Notes under the pieces: generated by a model
The model's input: the letters and a program-made list of their open reading frames with translations, nothing else
Told to the model about the DNA's origin: nothing
Database searches by the model: none
Program-made: the position numbers and the translations under genes
Part shown: positions 36,697 through 45,366 of the stretch, piece after piece
Numbering within the stretch: the first letter of the stretch is position 1
Layout of the letters: every line of letters begins with the position of its first letter
Source of the DNA: a virus
Length of the DNA stretch: 64,000 nucleotides
Reading direction: 5' to 3' (one strand)
Virus record (IMG/VR): IMGVR_UViG_3300018475_000125

Positions 36697-37156
36697 ACTG
36701 GATCTGCGGAATATCTGTCCTGAAGGAAACATCACCTTTAATGGAGAGGTGATCGACTGCGGGTGTGAAGAGCAGGAATGCTACAGCAGAGGAATGACGT
36801 GCGGCTGCTGCGGAAATTTCTCGTACCTGGACAAGTCCGTGACTTGGTCGGATTTTACTGCTGGGCTGGTTTCCTGTCCCATTGAAGGCTGTGGGAAGAC
36901 AACTAAAGGTCAACCCCCCGTTGCCCTGGACTGCTCCTCTCCGGCAGTCAGTGATGCGTACTCTACGTTTCATGAGTTTGGATCTGGTGTGTGTCGTGGA
37001 CTGAACCGAAACTCCGGATACTATGAAATGTTCGACGATGCCTGCGAGGCCCTACAGCACTGTGACGCGGATACGATACTGGATTGGTGCGGGAACAGGC
37101 TCAGTGATGCGGACGTCGAGTGGTGCAGACGTCAAGCGATGCAGACAATAGAATGA
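36689..37156 (+). CDS. Cys-rich hypothetical protein (155 aa)
   Basis: About 18 Cys, including CGCEEQEC and CGCCGN. Confidence 0.4.
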   Translation: MPELDLRNICPEGNITFNGEVIDCGCEEQECYSRGMTCGCCGNFSYLDKSVTWSDFTAGLVSCPIEGCGKTTKGQPPVALDCSSPAVSDAYSTFHEFGSGVCRGLNRNSGYYEMFDDACEALQHCDADTILDWCGNRLSDADVEWCRRQAMQTIE

Positions 37157-37162
37157 GGGTCT

Positions 37163-37522
37163 ATGAATTGTAATTTTCAACAGCGGGATGAAAAGTATGC
37201 GGTCTGCACTGCCTGCGGCAGAAAGATCCGCGCTCATTTGGTGGGTCACGTCGCGGTAAAATGCCGCGGTACATCGAAACCTTCTCTCTTAAATCAGGCG
37301 GCGAACTACGCGAAAGCGGTCACGCAGCATGTTTTAACAGGAAGTCAGACAAGGACAGACGAGGAAGTCTCCGAGCTGATGCAGCTGTGTGAGTCCTGTG
37401 AACACTATGACCAGCAGATCGGACGGTGCGGCGTCTGCGGCTGCCGGTGCAATAAAAGCAAAAGCGCGTGGCTCAACAAGCTGAGAATGGCTTCCCAGCA
37501 TTGCCCGAAAGGAAAATGGTAA
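37163..37522 (+). CDS. Cys-rich putative zinc-binding protein (119 aa)
   Basis: CTACG...CESCEH...CGVCGCRC...CPKG; multiple CxxC pairs. Confidence 0.4.
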   Translation: MNCNFQQRDEKYAVCTACGRKIRAHLVGHVAVKCRGTSKPSLLNQAANYAKAVTQHVLTGSQTRTDEEVSELMQLCESCEHYDQQIGRCGVCGCRCNKSKSAWLNKLRMASQHCPKGKW

Positions 37523-38196
37523 TGACAGATAAATGTGTGAAAAACCCGACTTCGGTCGAAGAACTTTTTTCGGCGTGGGATGCTCCGGAGGATATGACTT
37601 CCCGCTGGGAGTGCCCGGATACCCGCTGGCAAAGTTCTCCCAGTGCTCTCACAGACCTGATCGCACAGATCTTACAGCAATACTTTTCGGATCCGCTTAA
37701 CTTCACGAATGATGAGCTTCGTGCCCTGATCCAGTCGCAGAAGCCCTTTGTGACGCAGATGACGCACATCGATCCGAAGAATGCCGGACAGCTTCCAAAG
37801 ATCGCGGTGGAGTTCACCGGTTCTCAGCAGGATGAACGACGATTTGGTCGTGATAATCAGATAGACTATAATATCCGCAACAGTACTGGAACCTTCTTTA
37901 CCGTCTGGCGTGTTCAGCTGCGCGTTGACATCATTGCTAAAAACAAACGGGAGGCGATCCTGTTGGGTGAGTCCGTCTGTCGGCTGTTCAACCATCATCG
38001 GACGACTGTCATGCAGATGCTCGCAGCGTATGATCTTGTTATTTCCCAGTTCCAGGGAGCTCAGGTTCTGGGAGAGGACGCAGCCAACGGTTTCCAGACC
38101 AGTCTTGGTCTGGTGATCACCGCGCCGGATAAATGGTATCTCTCAGAAGCAGCTCCAAGACTCAAACGTATCAGTAACTCTATATATAGGGAATAA
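37516..38196 (+). CDS. hypothetical protein (226 aa)
   Basis: RBS AAAGGAAA then ATG. Overlaps the upstream stop. Confidence 0.4.
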   Translation: MVMTDKCVKNPTSVEELFSAWDAPEDMTSRWECPDTRWQSSPSALTDLIAQILQQYFSDPLNFTNDELRALIQSQKPFVTQMTHIDPKNAGQLPKIAVEFTGSQQDERRFGRDNQIDYNIRNSTGTFFTVWRVQLRVDIIAKNKREAILLGESVCRLFNHHRTTVMQMLAAYDLVISQFQGAQVLGEDAANGFQTSLGLVITAPDKWYLSEAAPRLKRISNSIYRE

Positions 38197-38198
38197 TT

Positions 38199-41195
38199 AT
38201 GGCTTATGTAAAACCTCAAGTGCTGGTGTTCCAGGAGTTCACCAACGCGGCAGCCTCTATCGCTGCAGACCTCCCTGCCTGGATCGTCGGGCAAAATGCC
38301 GAGATCCATGAACGCGGCGAGGCAGTGGTGGGGGACTACGCGGACTATCGCGGAAGCAACGTGGATACGGTCCTTCCGAATCTCTCTGCAGGAAGCAAGG
38401 TCGAGGAGGATTCGGTACATATTTACGTCGATGACGCTCTCATTCAGTATTGTGAGATTCCGGCGGCAGATACGGCAGCGGAGGATGCTGTGTATGCTTA
38501 CTGCATGACAGAAGCTCCGAATCAGCTGGTCTTCAATAACTTCAATGTAAAGGAGAACGGCAATTTTGCCCGTGCAGCTGAACTTGGAACTCGTGATGTG
38601 CAGATCGGTGATACGATCCGCATCTCTGGTTACGGTGCCGCGGTAGCAGGTGCTTCTGAGTGTGCCGAAGTTTCTTTCGATACCCGGGTCGTGGATTTTG
38701 CGGTGACGGTCGCAGACAGTACGATCATGGATCCGGCACGGAAGACTAACAAGGCAGGAACTTCTACGGCTTCCTGCTCGATCGCGTCCGCAGAACTGGG
38801 AACATATACTGGTTCTCTTGCGGAAGAGCATTATCAGGTATACGTAGACAAGAACAGCCTGACGTACTGGGTCGCTTCCGCATCCGATACGGATAACTAC
38901 CCGTCGAGTGCTGCAGCTATTCAGCAGCGGGATGGTAAATACATCTTCAAGATCGGAACTCAGGGAATGACCGCTTCGATCGCTGAGGCGGATCTTACTG
39001 GTGACTTCACTGTCTCTGTAACCAGTGGAACTTCAACTGCCTCGAATACGCCGTTCCGCACGGACCTTTACACCGGTCCGTATGAAGGCATCACACTGTC
39101 TGGCGAATACGATCCGCTTCCGACCGGTTTCCTGTCGCAGGTATACAAGATCACGGTCACTGGAAAGCATAACACGACTGCCTGTTCCAATCTGGAACTG
39201 CGCATCATCTCCGAAAGCGGTCTGGACAACCAGTACAAGGTACAGGCTCTTTCGGACGGAAGCGGCAATTTCACATTCAACGTGACTGGTGATGGAAATG
39301 TTACCGCGACGCTCACGGCAGAAGCCTTCGCGAACGTTACCGTCGGAACGCAGTGGGCCTACACGCTCACCGGCGCGTACAATCCGGCGAAACTTGTCGT
39401 GGATAAAGAGAAATCCAACTACAGCGGTGACGAGGATACCCTGTATATTATCAGCTGCATTTCCGGCGGCGAGATCACTACAGAGAGCACGGCGGAAAAG
39501 GCGCCTGTTCTTGCGTATCAGACACTTTCCGGCTCCGACTACCGTTCTGGGATCACAGTGGCGAAGGCAGGGCAGGCTATTGAAACAGCTTTGGGCTTGA
39601 ACTTCTCTTTTGAAGCCGGGCAGATCGCGTTGAATGAGACCTGGATCGTTCGGGTCCTTTCCGGAAAAAATACGGAAGTGCGTGCCCTGGTCCTGAGTGA
39701 CTCTTTGCCGCAGGAGATCCAGACGACTTCTGAGATCATTCCGATCGGCGTGAAGTTCTGTGTTGTTCGTGATGTGGAACTGACAGAGGGTGTAGAGATC
39801 GACGGTACACAGCTTAAGATCGACACGCTTACTGCGAAAGTACACCTGGAAGAATTCCAGAGTATCTCCGGGCAGCTGATCGACCTCCAGATCCTTAGCG
39901 GCACTATCTCGGCTGCCTATCGTGAATGGGTAGCGGACGGTGTTGCTTCGATCAACTGGATCGCATCGATCAATGAACTGGAAGCCATTCCTGGGCCTTT
40001 GACTCCGGATAATCCGCTGAAGTATGCCCTTTACAAGGCGCTTTCCAACTCCAACGGCAGTCCGGTAGCGTATACCAATGTGCAGGACGATACGCAGGAT
40101 GGCTGGGCGGAAGCCTTTGGTGCCGCTTCCGGTTCCCGCGAAGTCTATGCACTGGCTCCGATCACGCAGGATATTAATATCCTGAAGTTAGCGGCGGCTG
40201 CCGTTCAGCAGGATTCTAATGAAGAGACCTGCGCCTGGAAGATCTGCTATCTCAACACAGCCGTTCCGGACAAGATCCAGGTCGTGGGACGAGATACCAG
40301 CTTCGACGGCAACTCCGTGATCGCGCTTATGAATACGAAGGGTCTGGTACAGATCACGTCGAAGTATCAGGCGAAGGCGAATGCTTCACTGGAAAGTGTA
40401 AAACCGGGCGATATTGTAAAGTTCTACACGGGCTTTAATTTTACGGAATATGTGATCGACAGTGTCTCCGGGGATACATTCAAAGTACAGAATCCTCCCG
40501 CAGCAGGAATCGTCGTTCCGTCGATTATCGAGATCGAACATACGCTTACGAAGAATGAGCAGGTCGAGTATATTGCGAATATTGCACAGAGTTTCGCGCA
40601 TCGGCGTGTGAACTTCATCTGGCCGGATGCGGTTAGTGAGGGGACGTACACACTTCCGGGAAGTATGCTTTGCGCGGCGGTTGCAGGACTCGCATCCGGT
40701 GTACTCCCGCATCAGGGACTGACCCGTGTCGCTGTTGCCGGATTTGACGGGCTGCTTCATACAGCCGGCTACTTTACAGAAACACAGCTGAATACGCTGG
40801 CAGAAGCAGGCGTCTGGATCGTGGTCCGTGATGACGACGGTACGATCTACACACGGCATGCCCGAACGACAGATGCTACGAGTTTGACTTATGCAGAAGA
40901 AATGATCACACGTAACGTGGACCACATTTCCTTCGCGATCCGTCAGCTTCTGGAACCGTACATTGGCGTAACGAACGTAACGGACGAGACGATCGGGAAT
41001 ATCCGAACGCGTTTGCTTTACTACCTGATGCACATCAGTGAGAACAGCTATTCGGCCGTCGGTCCTCAGCTTACCTGGTACCAGATCGTAGACATTTCGC
41101 AGGATCCTCTGCTTCTGGACCGCATCAATGTGATCGTCTCCGGTACAGTACCGAAGGCTGTCAATAATATTGAATTCCACATTCAGGCTGGCTGA
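38199..41195 (+). CDS. large virion protein, candidate major capsid protein with inserted domains (998 aa)
   Basis: Largest structural ORF, Thr/Ser/Gly-rich with repetitive beta-rich segments in the middle. The MCP assignment is by position and size only. Confidence 0.3.
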   Translation: MAYVKPQVLVFQEFTNAAASIAADLPAWIVGQNAEIHERGEAVVGDYADYRGSNVDTVLPNLSAGSKVEEDSVHIYVDDALIQYCEIPAADTAAEDAVYAYCMTEAPNQLVFNNFNVKENGNFARAAELGTRDVQIGDTIRISGYGAAVAGASECAEVSFDTRVVDFAVTVADSTIMDPARKTNKAGTSTASCSIASAELGTYTGSLAEEHYQVYVDKNSLTYWVASASDTDNYPSSAAAIQQRDGKYIFKIGTQGMTASIAEADLTGDFTVSVTSGTSTASNTPFRTDLYTGPYEGITLSGEYDPLPTGFLSQVYKITVTGKHNTTACSNLELRIISESGLDNQYKVQALSDGSGNFTFNVTGDGNVTATLTAEAFANVTVGTQWAYTLTGAYNPAKLVVDKEKSNYSGDEDTLYIISCISGGEITTESTAEKAPVLAYQTLSGSDYRSGITVAKAGQAIETALGLNFSFEAGQIALNETWIVRVLSGKNTEVRALVLSDSLPQEIQTTSEIIPIGVKFCVVRDVELTEGVEIDGTQLKIDTLTAKVHLEEFQSISGQLIDLQILSGTISAAYREWVADGVASINWIASINELEAIPGPLTPDNPLKYALYKALSNSNGSPVAYTNVQDDTQDGWAEAFGAASGSREVYALAPITQDINILKLAAAAVQQDSNEETCAWKICYLNTAVPDKIQVVGRDTSFDGNSVIALMNTKGLVQITSKYQAKANASLESVKPGDIVKFYTGFNFTEYVIDSVSGDTFKVQNPPAAGIVVPSIIEIEHTLTKNEQVEYIANIAQSFAHRRVNFIWPDAVSEGTYTLPGSMLCAAVAGLASGVLPHQGLTRVAVAGFDGLLHTAGYFTETQLNTLAEAGVWIVVRDDDGTIYTRHARTTDATSLTYAEEMITRNVDHISFAIRQLLEPYIGVTNVTDETIGNIRTRLLYYLMHISENSYSAVGPQLTWYQIVDISQDPLLLDRINVIVSGTVPKAVNNIEFHIQAG

Positions 41196-41261
41196 TATAT
41201 TTAAGAGACAATGCCGGGCGGTCTGTTGCCAGTTCGCCCGGACTTTCAAGGAGAATCATAT

Positions 41262-41963
41262 ATGGCAGAGAATTCCATTATCGTACCGGGAACCGGGTTC
41301 GAGTGGGGCAACAGCGTTACAGGGTCGTGCGTTGTGATCAAGATCACAACGCGCAATCGAGCGGGAACCGGAAATGCACAGAACTTGCTCCAGGGCCTGG
41401 TGGCTCAGCAGGTCCAGGCCCAGATCCAGAAATCCACGAAGCAGCTGTATGAGGTAGGTACCACCAACTACTACCTGGTCGAAGGACGTCCTCAAGGCAC
41501 AGGTACAATTCAGCATGTGTTGGGTCCGAATACGAAAGACATCTGGGAAAGCATTGAAGGCTTTGCTAACGTTTGTAACGCTACGGATCTTGAGGTGAGT
41601 TCTACCGGCTGTACCTGCAGAGACACGGAGACGACGGCCAGTGCTGTTATGTTCGTCGGCGGGCTTCTGAACTCCATGCAGGTGTCTGCAAACGCGCAGG
41701 ACTTCGTACTGATGAGCAATCTTGGCTTTATGTTCTTTGACCTGCAAAAGACAGAACCCTCAGCCCCAGCCCAGAATAACAACGCAGGGAACCACGCAGG
41801 GAACAACGCGGGGAACAACGCAGGGAACAACGCGGGGAACAACGCAGGGAACAACGCGGGGAACAACGCGGGTGACAACAACGCGAGGGGGGACAACGCG
41901 GAGGCACTGAATCAGCAGATGCAGGGAGTGAATAGAGACAACGCGGCGGTACTGAATCGGTAG
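41262..41963 (+). CDS. virion-associated protein with C-terminal NAGN tandem repeats
   Basis: RBS CAAGGAGAATCATAT. The C-terminus encodes about eight (NAGN) units from a 12-nt DNA tandem repeat. Confidence 0.45.
   Translation: MAENSIIVPGTGFEWGNSVTGSCVVIKITTRNRAGTGNAQNLLQGLVAQQVQAQIQKSTKQLYEVGTTNYYLVEGRPQGTGTIQHVLGPNTKDIWESIEGFANVCNATDLEVSSTGCTCRDTETTASAVMFVGGLLNSMQVSANAQDFVLMSNLGFMFFDLQKTEPSAPAQNNNAGNHAGNNAGNNAGNNAGNNAGNNAGNNAGDNNARGDNAEALNQQMQGVNRDNAAVLNR
41781..41876 (+). repeat. 12-nt tandem repeat (AACGCRGGGAAC), about 8 copies
   Basis: Read directly from the sequence: aacgcagggaac / aacgcggggaac alternating. Confidence 0.85.
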
Positions 41964-42091
41964 ATGCAGGGGGGGCGAACAACGCGCAGGAGCTGAACCG
42001 GCGAATGCAGGCGCTGCCAGGGGTGTAGATATGACGCAGCCTGAGGGCGGCGGCAACGGTTTCTTGCCGGAAGGGGTCGGCTTCTAATAGT

Positions 42092-42517
42092 CTAACCTGT
42101 TTTCATCTTTCTAACTTTCTTTGCCTGTTCGATCATTCCGGACGGGTAATCTTTCATAAACTTGTCATAGAGTCCATTGGTCTCTATGACATTTTCATTA
42201 TATCCGTGTGCCAGCAGGCGAGGCACAGTTGTATGTCTTAACAGGAACGCACGTTCACTGGCACTGATTTGTCCTGCCTGAAAGCGCAGCGCGGCAATTT
42301 CACCTGCCAGACCTCCTCCGCCTTTCAGCTGATCCAGATATTCTTTTTGCAGTTTCTCCGTATCAAAGCGTTTGCTGTGATATTCTCGTACGGAGTACTT
42401 TTCGGAGGGAACATACCAGCCGCGGGCTCCAGTTTCCTGTATGCTTTTCTGATTCTCCTGAGCTTGTTTTGAGCGAGTTTCCAGCCATTGTGTGAAGTTT
42501 TCATTCAAATACTGCAT
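42092..42517 (-). CDS. hypothetical protein (141 aa) downstream of the sigma factor
   Basis: Start placed at the Met just after the sigma gene stop. Confidence 0.35.
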   Translation of the reverse strand: MQYLNENFTQWLETRSKQAQENQKSIQETGARGWYVPSEKYSVREYHSKRFDTEKLQKEYLDQLKGGGGLAGEIAALRFQAGQISASERAFLLRHTTVPRLLAHGYNENVIETNGLYDKFMKDYPSGMIEQAKKVRKMKTG

Positions 42518-42518
42518 G

Positions 42519-43274
42519 TCATCCTCCAAATAAATCGTAGCGGGAGTCATCATTCAGCTGGTCATAAATCTTTTTCTTATGCTGACTGACCGCAGCCTGT
42601 GAGATCTTCAAACTTTGCGCGATTTCTGAAGGTGTCATGACTGGCTGTCCGTGCATCCCGAGCATTCTTTCCATCACAGCTTTCTGCCGATCAGGAAGAC
42701 TGTCGTAGACGTATTCCTGCCAGGCTGCTTCTGCTTTATCTTCACCGAGAATGTTTCCATGCAGATACATACTGTTTCCGGTATCGCTGTTATTAATAGA
42801 CGACTCATATATAGGTCCTCCAAAGGACGTCCATTTCTGAATGTTTTTCAAAGGGATCCCGGTTCTATCCGCGATCTCCATCATGGACGGGAACCTGCCG
42901 AGCTCGTCAGTCAGTTCCTTTTCAGCTTCTGCAATAGCTCTCTGTCCCAGAGCCATGCGTTCCGGGATCTGAATAATATTTTGCTCTGCTCCGACAACTC
43001 GATGTAGTCCGCGCATTTGTCCATAGAGATAATTTTTAACGTTAGATGTTTCCGGATCGTACTTGCGCATGTAGGCCATGGCCATCATGTTGGCTTTTGC
43101 ACGAAGTACCTGATTAGAAGGAGATCCTCCCGCCGCCAGAATAGCATGGTCGATCCACGGCTGGATCTTTTTTAATAGTGCCGCATTGTTTTCCGGGGAG
43201 TTCCAGTCACTCTTCCATTGAACGTATACATCCTGAAGTTCGGGCTCGAGCATCATGCTGTTTTTTCCTTGCAA
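42519..43274 (-). CDS. RNA polymerase sigma factor, sigma-70 family (regions 2-4)
   Basis: Region 4 HTH LPDRQKAVMERMLGMHGQPVMTPSEIAQSLKISQAAVSQHKKKIYDQL. Region 3-like RFPSMMEIADRTGIPLKNIQKW. Region 2-like VLRAKANMMAMAYMRKY. The start may be at 43253, giving a TGATG overlap with the upstream gene. Confidence 0.65.
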   Translation of the reverse strand: MQGKNSMMLEPELQDVYVQWKSDWNSPENNAALLKKIQPWIDHAILAAGGSPSNQVLRAKANMMAMAYMRKYDPETSNVKNYLYGQMRGLHRVVGAEQNIIQIPERMALGQRAIAEAEKELTDELGRFPSMMEIADRTGIPLKNIQKWTSFGGPIYESSINNSDTGNSMYLHGNILGEDKAEAAWQEYVYDSLPDRQKAVMERMLGMHGQPVMTPSEIAQSLKISQAAVSQHKKKIYDQLNDDSRYDLFGG

Positions 43275-44914
43275 TAAAGTGAGGCTTCTGTATAGTCTGC
43301 CCGCCAGGCATCTTCATATAGCAGCGTTGTTATTCCGTTTGTTTCCTGCCGCAGCTCGTCAGTCCGCAGATTATTAATAACATAGCGGGTACTGACGCTG
43401 CTGCTTGTGATCTCACAGGTCACAAACTGGATCGTGCCGTAGACAAAGCCGGTGTCCCGTGTTTGCAGATCGGCGGTCGGCAGAGGGATTGCGACTATAT
43501 CTCCGGGAACGAGATCCAGCTTCAAAGGAGTTTTCACAGAGATCGAGAAGTCCTTCGTCATCTCCTGCAGGTAGCAGGTGTTTACGAATGCCTGACACAA
43601 CTGATCCAGGGAAGAGACCTGTACTGCCGACGATGCCGCCTCTTCTGCCTTTTTTACTGCTTCTCTGGAGGCAAAGGACAGAGTGGCTGGACGCTGTCCT
43701 GTAAAAGTATTATACTGACTTTGCAGCATGTCTGCCAACCAGCCGGGCATAAAGCATCCTTTCAGCACTCCCGGCTTCAACTCCTGCGGGCAGCGGAATG
43801 TGGTCAGTTCTGCGTCTGCGGACACGCCGGGAATGGGCTTACTGACTCCTTCGACGTCACGGACAGCCAGGATCATACCGCCAAGTACCGTGTTTGTCAG
43901 GCGGCGGTATTGAAACTGAGTAATCATGTTTAACGGGATCACACGGGACTGCTTCGGGTGTACTCCCAGTCCAAACCCTGGAACGATATACCCTTTGTTC
44001 ACTGTAGGTACCAGCCCGAGGCCAAGTGCCGGCAGTAACAGTGAGATCAGTTTCTGCCAGATAGTCACACCGATGCAGGCGCTGTAATCGAGAGCGCTGA
44101 TCCAGTTTGCCATACCTCTTCGCAGAGCCTCCTGCGCTGGTGTATCGGGTATGAGTGAATTCGGTAGCGTGCCATACTGCTCGCAGTCGATCTTCTCAAG
44201 TGCAGTGCGTGTACAGTTTAACAGATCCTTTGAGACATAGCCCGGGTCTGTCTTTTTCAGTGTAGCTACATCATCCAGTGTGCTCAGCAGGAGGTTTTTA
44301 AGTGCCTGACCCGGATGACTTAGCTTCGTGGAACGCAGTTTCGCAGCAGCTTGCTCCGCAGCACTCCACGCGACTGCGTCCGGCAGTCCTGCGGAAATAT
44401 TCGGTTCGGTATTGTTTATACGGAAGAGAGTGTTGCAGGAAAGGTCCCCTGGGTTTTCCGGGGAACTCAACCGGTGCAGTACCGGAAAAATATGCAGGTC
44501 TGCCAGCCAATGTGTCAGGTGCAGGGTATGCTGCCCCGTAGACACGCCCAGTGCCGATGTCCATCCGATTATGTAGCCCTTAAAGAGACACAGAACTTCC
44601 CCTGAGTCCGTGCTGGGTAATCCTTCCAGAGAATGACTGCTTTCAAGACAAACCGCGACAGGTGTCCGCTGAGCATAGGCGGCACGAAGAGCACTCTGTG
44701 ACTCGTCAGCGTAGCTGCATGGCTGTGTGGGGTCTGTGATTTTGATCCCGGCCGGTACCCGCAGGACTAGGGATGGGATCATGTTGACAGCATAAACGAT
44801 TTGTGCGCCAACAGCTTCTCCAAGTTCGTTTCCGAGTTTTCTATCCGCGACCGCGCCGTCCCCTGCCAATGTCCAGATGGTAAGCCGCAGATTGGAAAAA
44901 TGCAGTTCACTCAT
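43253..44914 (-). CDS. hypothetical virion protein (553 aa)
   Basis: ORF in the minus-strand morphogenesis operon. Confidence 0.4.
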   Translation of the reverse strand: MSELHFSNLRLTIWTLAGDGAVADRKLGNELGEAVGAQIVYAVNMIPSLVLRVPAGIKITDPTQPCSYADESQSALRAAYAQRTPVAVCLESSHSLEGLPSTDSGEVLCLFKGYIIGWTSALGVSTGQHTLHLTHWLADLHIFPVLHRLSSPENPGDLSCNTLFRINNTEPNISAGLPDAVAWSAAEQAAAKLRSTKLSHPGQALKNLLLSTLDDVATLKKTDPGYVSKDLLNCTRTALEKIDCEQYGTLPNSLIPDTPAQEALRRGMANWISALDYSACIGVTIWQKLISLLLPALGLGLVPTVNKGYIVPGFGLGVHPKQSRVIPLNMITQFQYRRLTNTVLGGMILAVRDVEGVSKPIPGVSADAELTTFRCPQELKPGVLKGCFMPGWLADMLQSQYNTFTGQRPATLSFASREAVKKAEEAASSAVQVSSLDQLCQAFVNTCYLQEMTKDFSISVKTPLKLDLVPGDIVAIPLPTADLQTRDTGFVYGTIQFVTCEITSSSVSTRYVINNLRTDELRQETNGITTLLYEDAWRADYTEASLYCKEKTA

Positions 44915-45366
44915 GCTCTGACTCCAACCAGTTCCAGCCGAAACGTGTCCAGATCTTCCTGAACGGAAGATACATTACGGGTGCATTTGATAAGGTAGAC
45001 CCTGTATGTTATGCCGTTGAGCAGCATTTTGAACCAGCTCTTTAGTGTACCAGATTTGGACTGTGAGTAGAGTTCCATCAGCGGATCGGAGGTGCCGTCT
45101 GACTCAGAGCAGGCGTCGTAACAGGTCACACCGGATAACGTGATCCTTTCTGGTTTATCCCCGGCAGTGTACATATAAATGTCATTGCCAAGCGTAGACA
45201 TCGTAACGTTGTTTTCTGCACTGGCTATGGATATATCCAGCACCATCAGATTATACCCCTGACGCAGGTCAGGATCACCCAGCTGAAAGGTTACGGCGGT
45301 ACCGACCTTATTCTCACTACGTACACCGGCTCCGCGTTTTGTTTGTTGTATGACACTGCTAGACAT
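44911..45366 (-). CDS. hypothetical small structural protein (151 aa)
   Basis: Start at the Met downstream of the 621-aa gene stop. Confidence 0.4.
   Translation of the reverse strand: MSSSVIQQTKRGAGVRSENKVGTAVTFQLGDPDLRQGYNLMVLDISIASAENNVTMSTLGNDIYMYTAGDKPERITLSGVTCYDACSESDGTSDPLMELYSQSKSGTLKSWFKMLLNGITYRVYLIKCTRNVSSVQEDLDTFRLELVGVRA

Noticed and set aside
27544-41963. Search for a diversity-generating retroelement (tail fibre variable repeats)
   Set aside because: No reverse transcriptase motif (no YADD-type RT ORF) and no template/variable repeat pair were detected in the window.
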